Origin: Bacteroidota bacterium
Lineage (GTDB): Bacteria; Bacteroidota; Bacteroidia; JADZBD01
Length of the DNA stretch: 64,000 nt
Assembly (NCBI GenBank): GCA_040756415.1
Contig: JBFLYZ010000015.1
Location: 87-64,086, forward strand
Direction of reading: 5' to 3'
Shown: positions 62,695-64,000 of the stretch, one piece after another
How the letters are laid out: the number at the start of each line of letters is the position of its first letter
Position numbering within the stretch: the first letter of the stretch is position 1
Position numbers and translations under genes: made by a program
Notes under the pieces: generated by a model
Seen by the model: only the letters and a program-made list of their open reading frames with translations
Told to the model about the DNA's origin: nothing
Database searches by the model: none

Positions 62695-63942
62695 ATGAAG
62701 CTCAATGTTGATTATACCGTCACCGAGCGCTTTCTGCGCTATGTAAAGATCGATACCCAGTCCGATCCCAATTCAAGCACCTGCCCTTCCACCATGAAAC
62801 AAAAGGACCTGGGAAGGGTGCTGGTAGAAGAGCTTCTTGCGATGGGCATCAAAGATGCACACCTGGATGAGCATGGCTACGTGTACGCCACCATTCCTTC
62901 CAACACGGATAAGAAGGTGCCCGTGATCTGCTTCTGCTCGCACATGGACACCTCGCCCGATTGCCCGGGAAAGGACGTAAAGCCCGTGATACACCGCAAT
63001 TACGCGGGCGGCAACCTGGTGCTGCCGGGCGATACCAGCCAGGTGCTCAGCCCTGCCGATCACCCGGAATTGCTCAACCAGCTCGGCAGCGACATCATTA
63101 CCGCTGACGGCACCACCCTGCTGGGGGCGGATAACAAGGCAGGCCTGGCCGAGATCATGGATGCCGCCCATCACCTGATGACCCACCCGGAGATCAAGCA
63201 CGGCACCATACGCATCCTGTTCACGCCCGATGAGGAGATAGGGCGGGGGGTGGATAAGGTCGACATGAAAAAGCTGGGGGCGGATTTCGGGTATACGATC
63301 GATGGGGAGACGCTGGGCCACCTGGAGGACGAGACCTTTTCTGCCGATGGCGTAACGATCACCGTGAACGGCTTCAGCACGCATCCCGGCTTTGCCAAAG
63401 GCAAGATGCAGAGCGCTATCAAGATCGCATCGGAGATCGTGGAGGCCCTGCCGAAAGACCGCATCTCGCCCGAGACCACGGAGGGTAAGCAGGGATTCGT
63501 GCACCCGGTTGCCATGAGCGGCACGATAGAGAAAATGGTGCTGAAGTTCATTATCCGCGATTTTACCCGCGATGGCCTGGTAAAGCTGGAGGAAGAATTG
63601 AAAGGCATTGCTGAAAAGGTGCTGAAGCGATACGATAAATCTTCCTTTGAATTCGTTGTGACCGAGCAATACCGCAACATGAAAGAGGTGTTAGACAAGC
63701 ATCCTCAATGCGTGGAATACGCCCTGGAGGCCATCAAAAGGGCAGGAGTGAAGCCGCACCGCTCCAGCATACGGGGCGGCACGGATGGCTCGCGCTTATC
63801 TTTTATGGGCCTGCCCTGCCCCAATATCTTCGCGGGCGAGCATGCTTTTCACGGCAAGCACGAGTGGGTGAGCGTGCAGGATATGCAGAAGGCGGTGGAA
63901 ACCATCGTGCACCTGTGTATGATCTGGGAGGAGAGGGGGTAG
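62695..63942 (+). CDS. pepT: Peptidase T
   Basis: SHMDTS, DGTTLLGADNKAG, FTPDEEIGRG, HPGFAKGK, IRGGTDG, PCPNIFAG. Confidence 0.96.
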   Translation: MKLNVDYTVTERFLRYVKIDTQSDPNSSTCPSTMKQKDLGRVLVEELLAMGIKDAHLDEHGYVYATIPSNTDKKVPVICFCSHMDTSPDCPGKDVKPVIHRNYAGGNLVLPGDTSQVLSPADHPELLNQLGSDIITADGTTLLGADNKAGLAEIMDAAHHLMTHPEIKHGTIRILFTPDEEIGRGVDKVDMKKLGADFGYTIDGETLGHLEDETFSADGVTITVNGFSTHPGFAKGKMQSAIKIASEIVEALPKDRISPETTEGKQGFVHPVAMSGTIEKMVLKFIIRDFTRDGLVKLEEELKGIAEKVLKRYDKSSFEFVVTEQYRNMKEVLDKHPQCVEYALEAIKRAGVKPHRSSIRGGTDGSRLSFMGLPCPNIFAGEHAFHGKHEWVSVQDMQKAVETIVHLCMIWEERG

Positions 63943-64000
63943 GCCTTGCTAACGGTCCCATATAAAGCGTGCCGGCAGTCCAAATTAATAATTAATCATC

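Overview
Chromosomal segment of a GC-rich Bacteroidota, judged from T9SS type A/B sorting domains, TAnnTTTG promoters and a tmRNA tag GETNYAMAA. Positions 1-11.5 kb are a probable genomic island next to the ssrA 3' end. It carries a recombinase C-terminal remnant, an NtrC-type sigma54 activator, several sigma54-like promoters, four low-complexity disordered proteins (two missing from the ORF track), a Rieske/FAD oxidoreductase fused to a small basic domain, cphA/cphB and a DUF892 ferritin-like protein. The rest is mostly housekeeping: a beta-oxidation operon, purL, mtgA, pepT, an LpxL-like acyltransferase, fadD, a YcaQ-like glycosylase and a double-AAA ATPase. These genes are interrupted by four small AT-rich genes (four-helix bundle, DUF559, two GxxExxY), each enclosed by its own family of inverted repeat arrays, and by an HTH/AbiEii-type module. 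At 53-61 kb a T9SS cargo cluster encodes an amidase and a GH18 hydrolase that share a ~626-bp near-identical module ending in a CUB domain. No CRISPR, rRNA, tRNA or reverse transcriptase was seen. All family assignments come from motif recognition by eye, not database searches.
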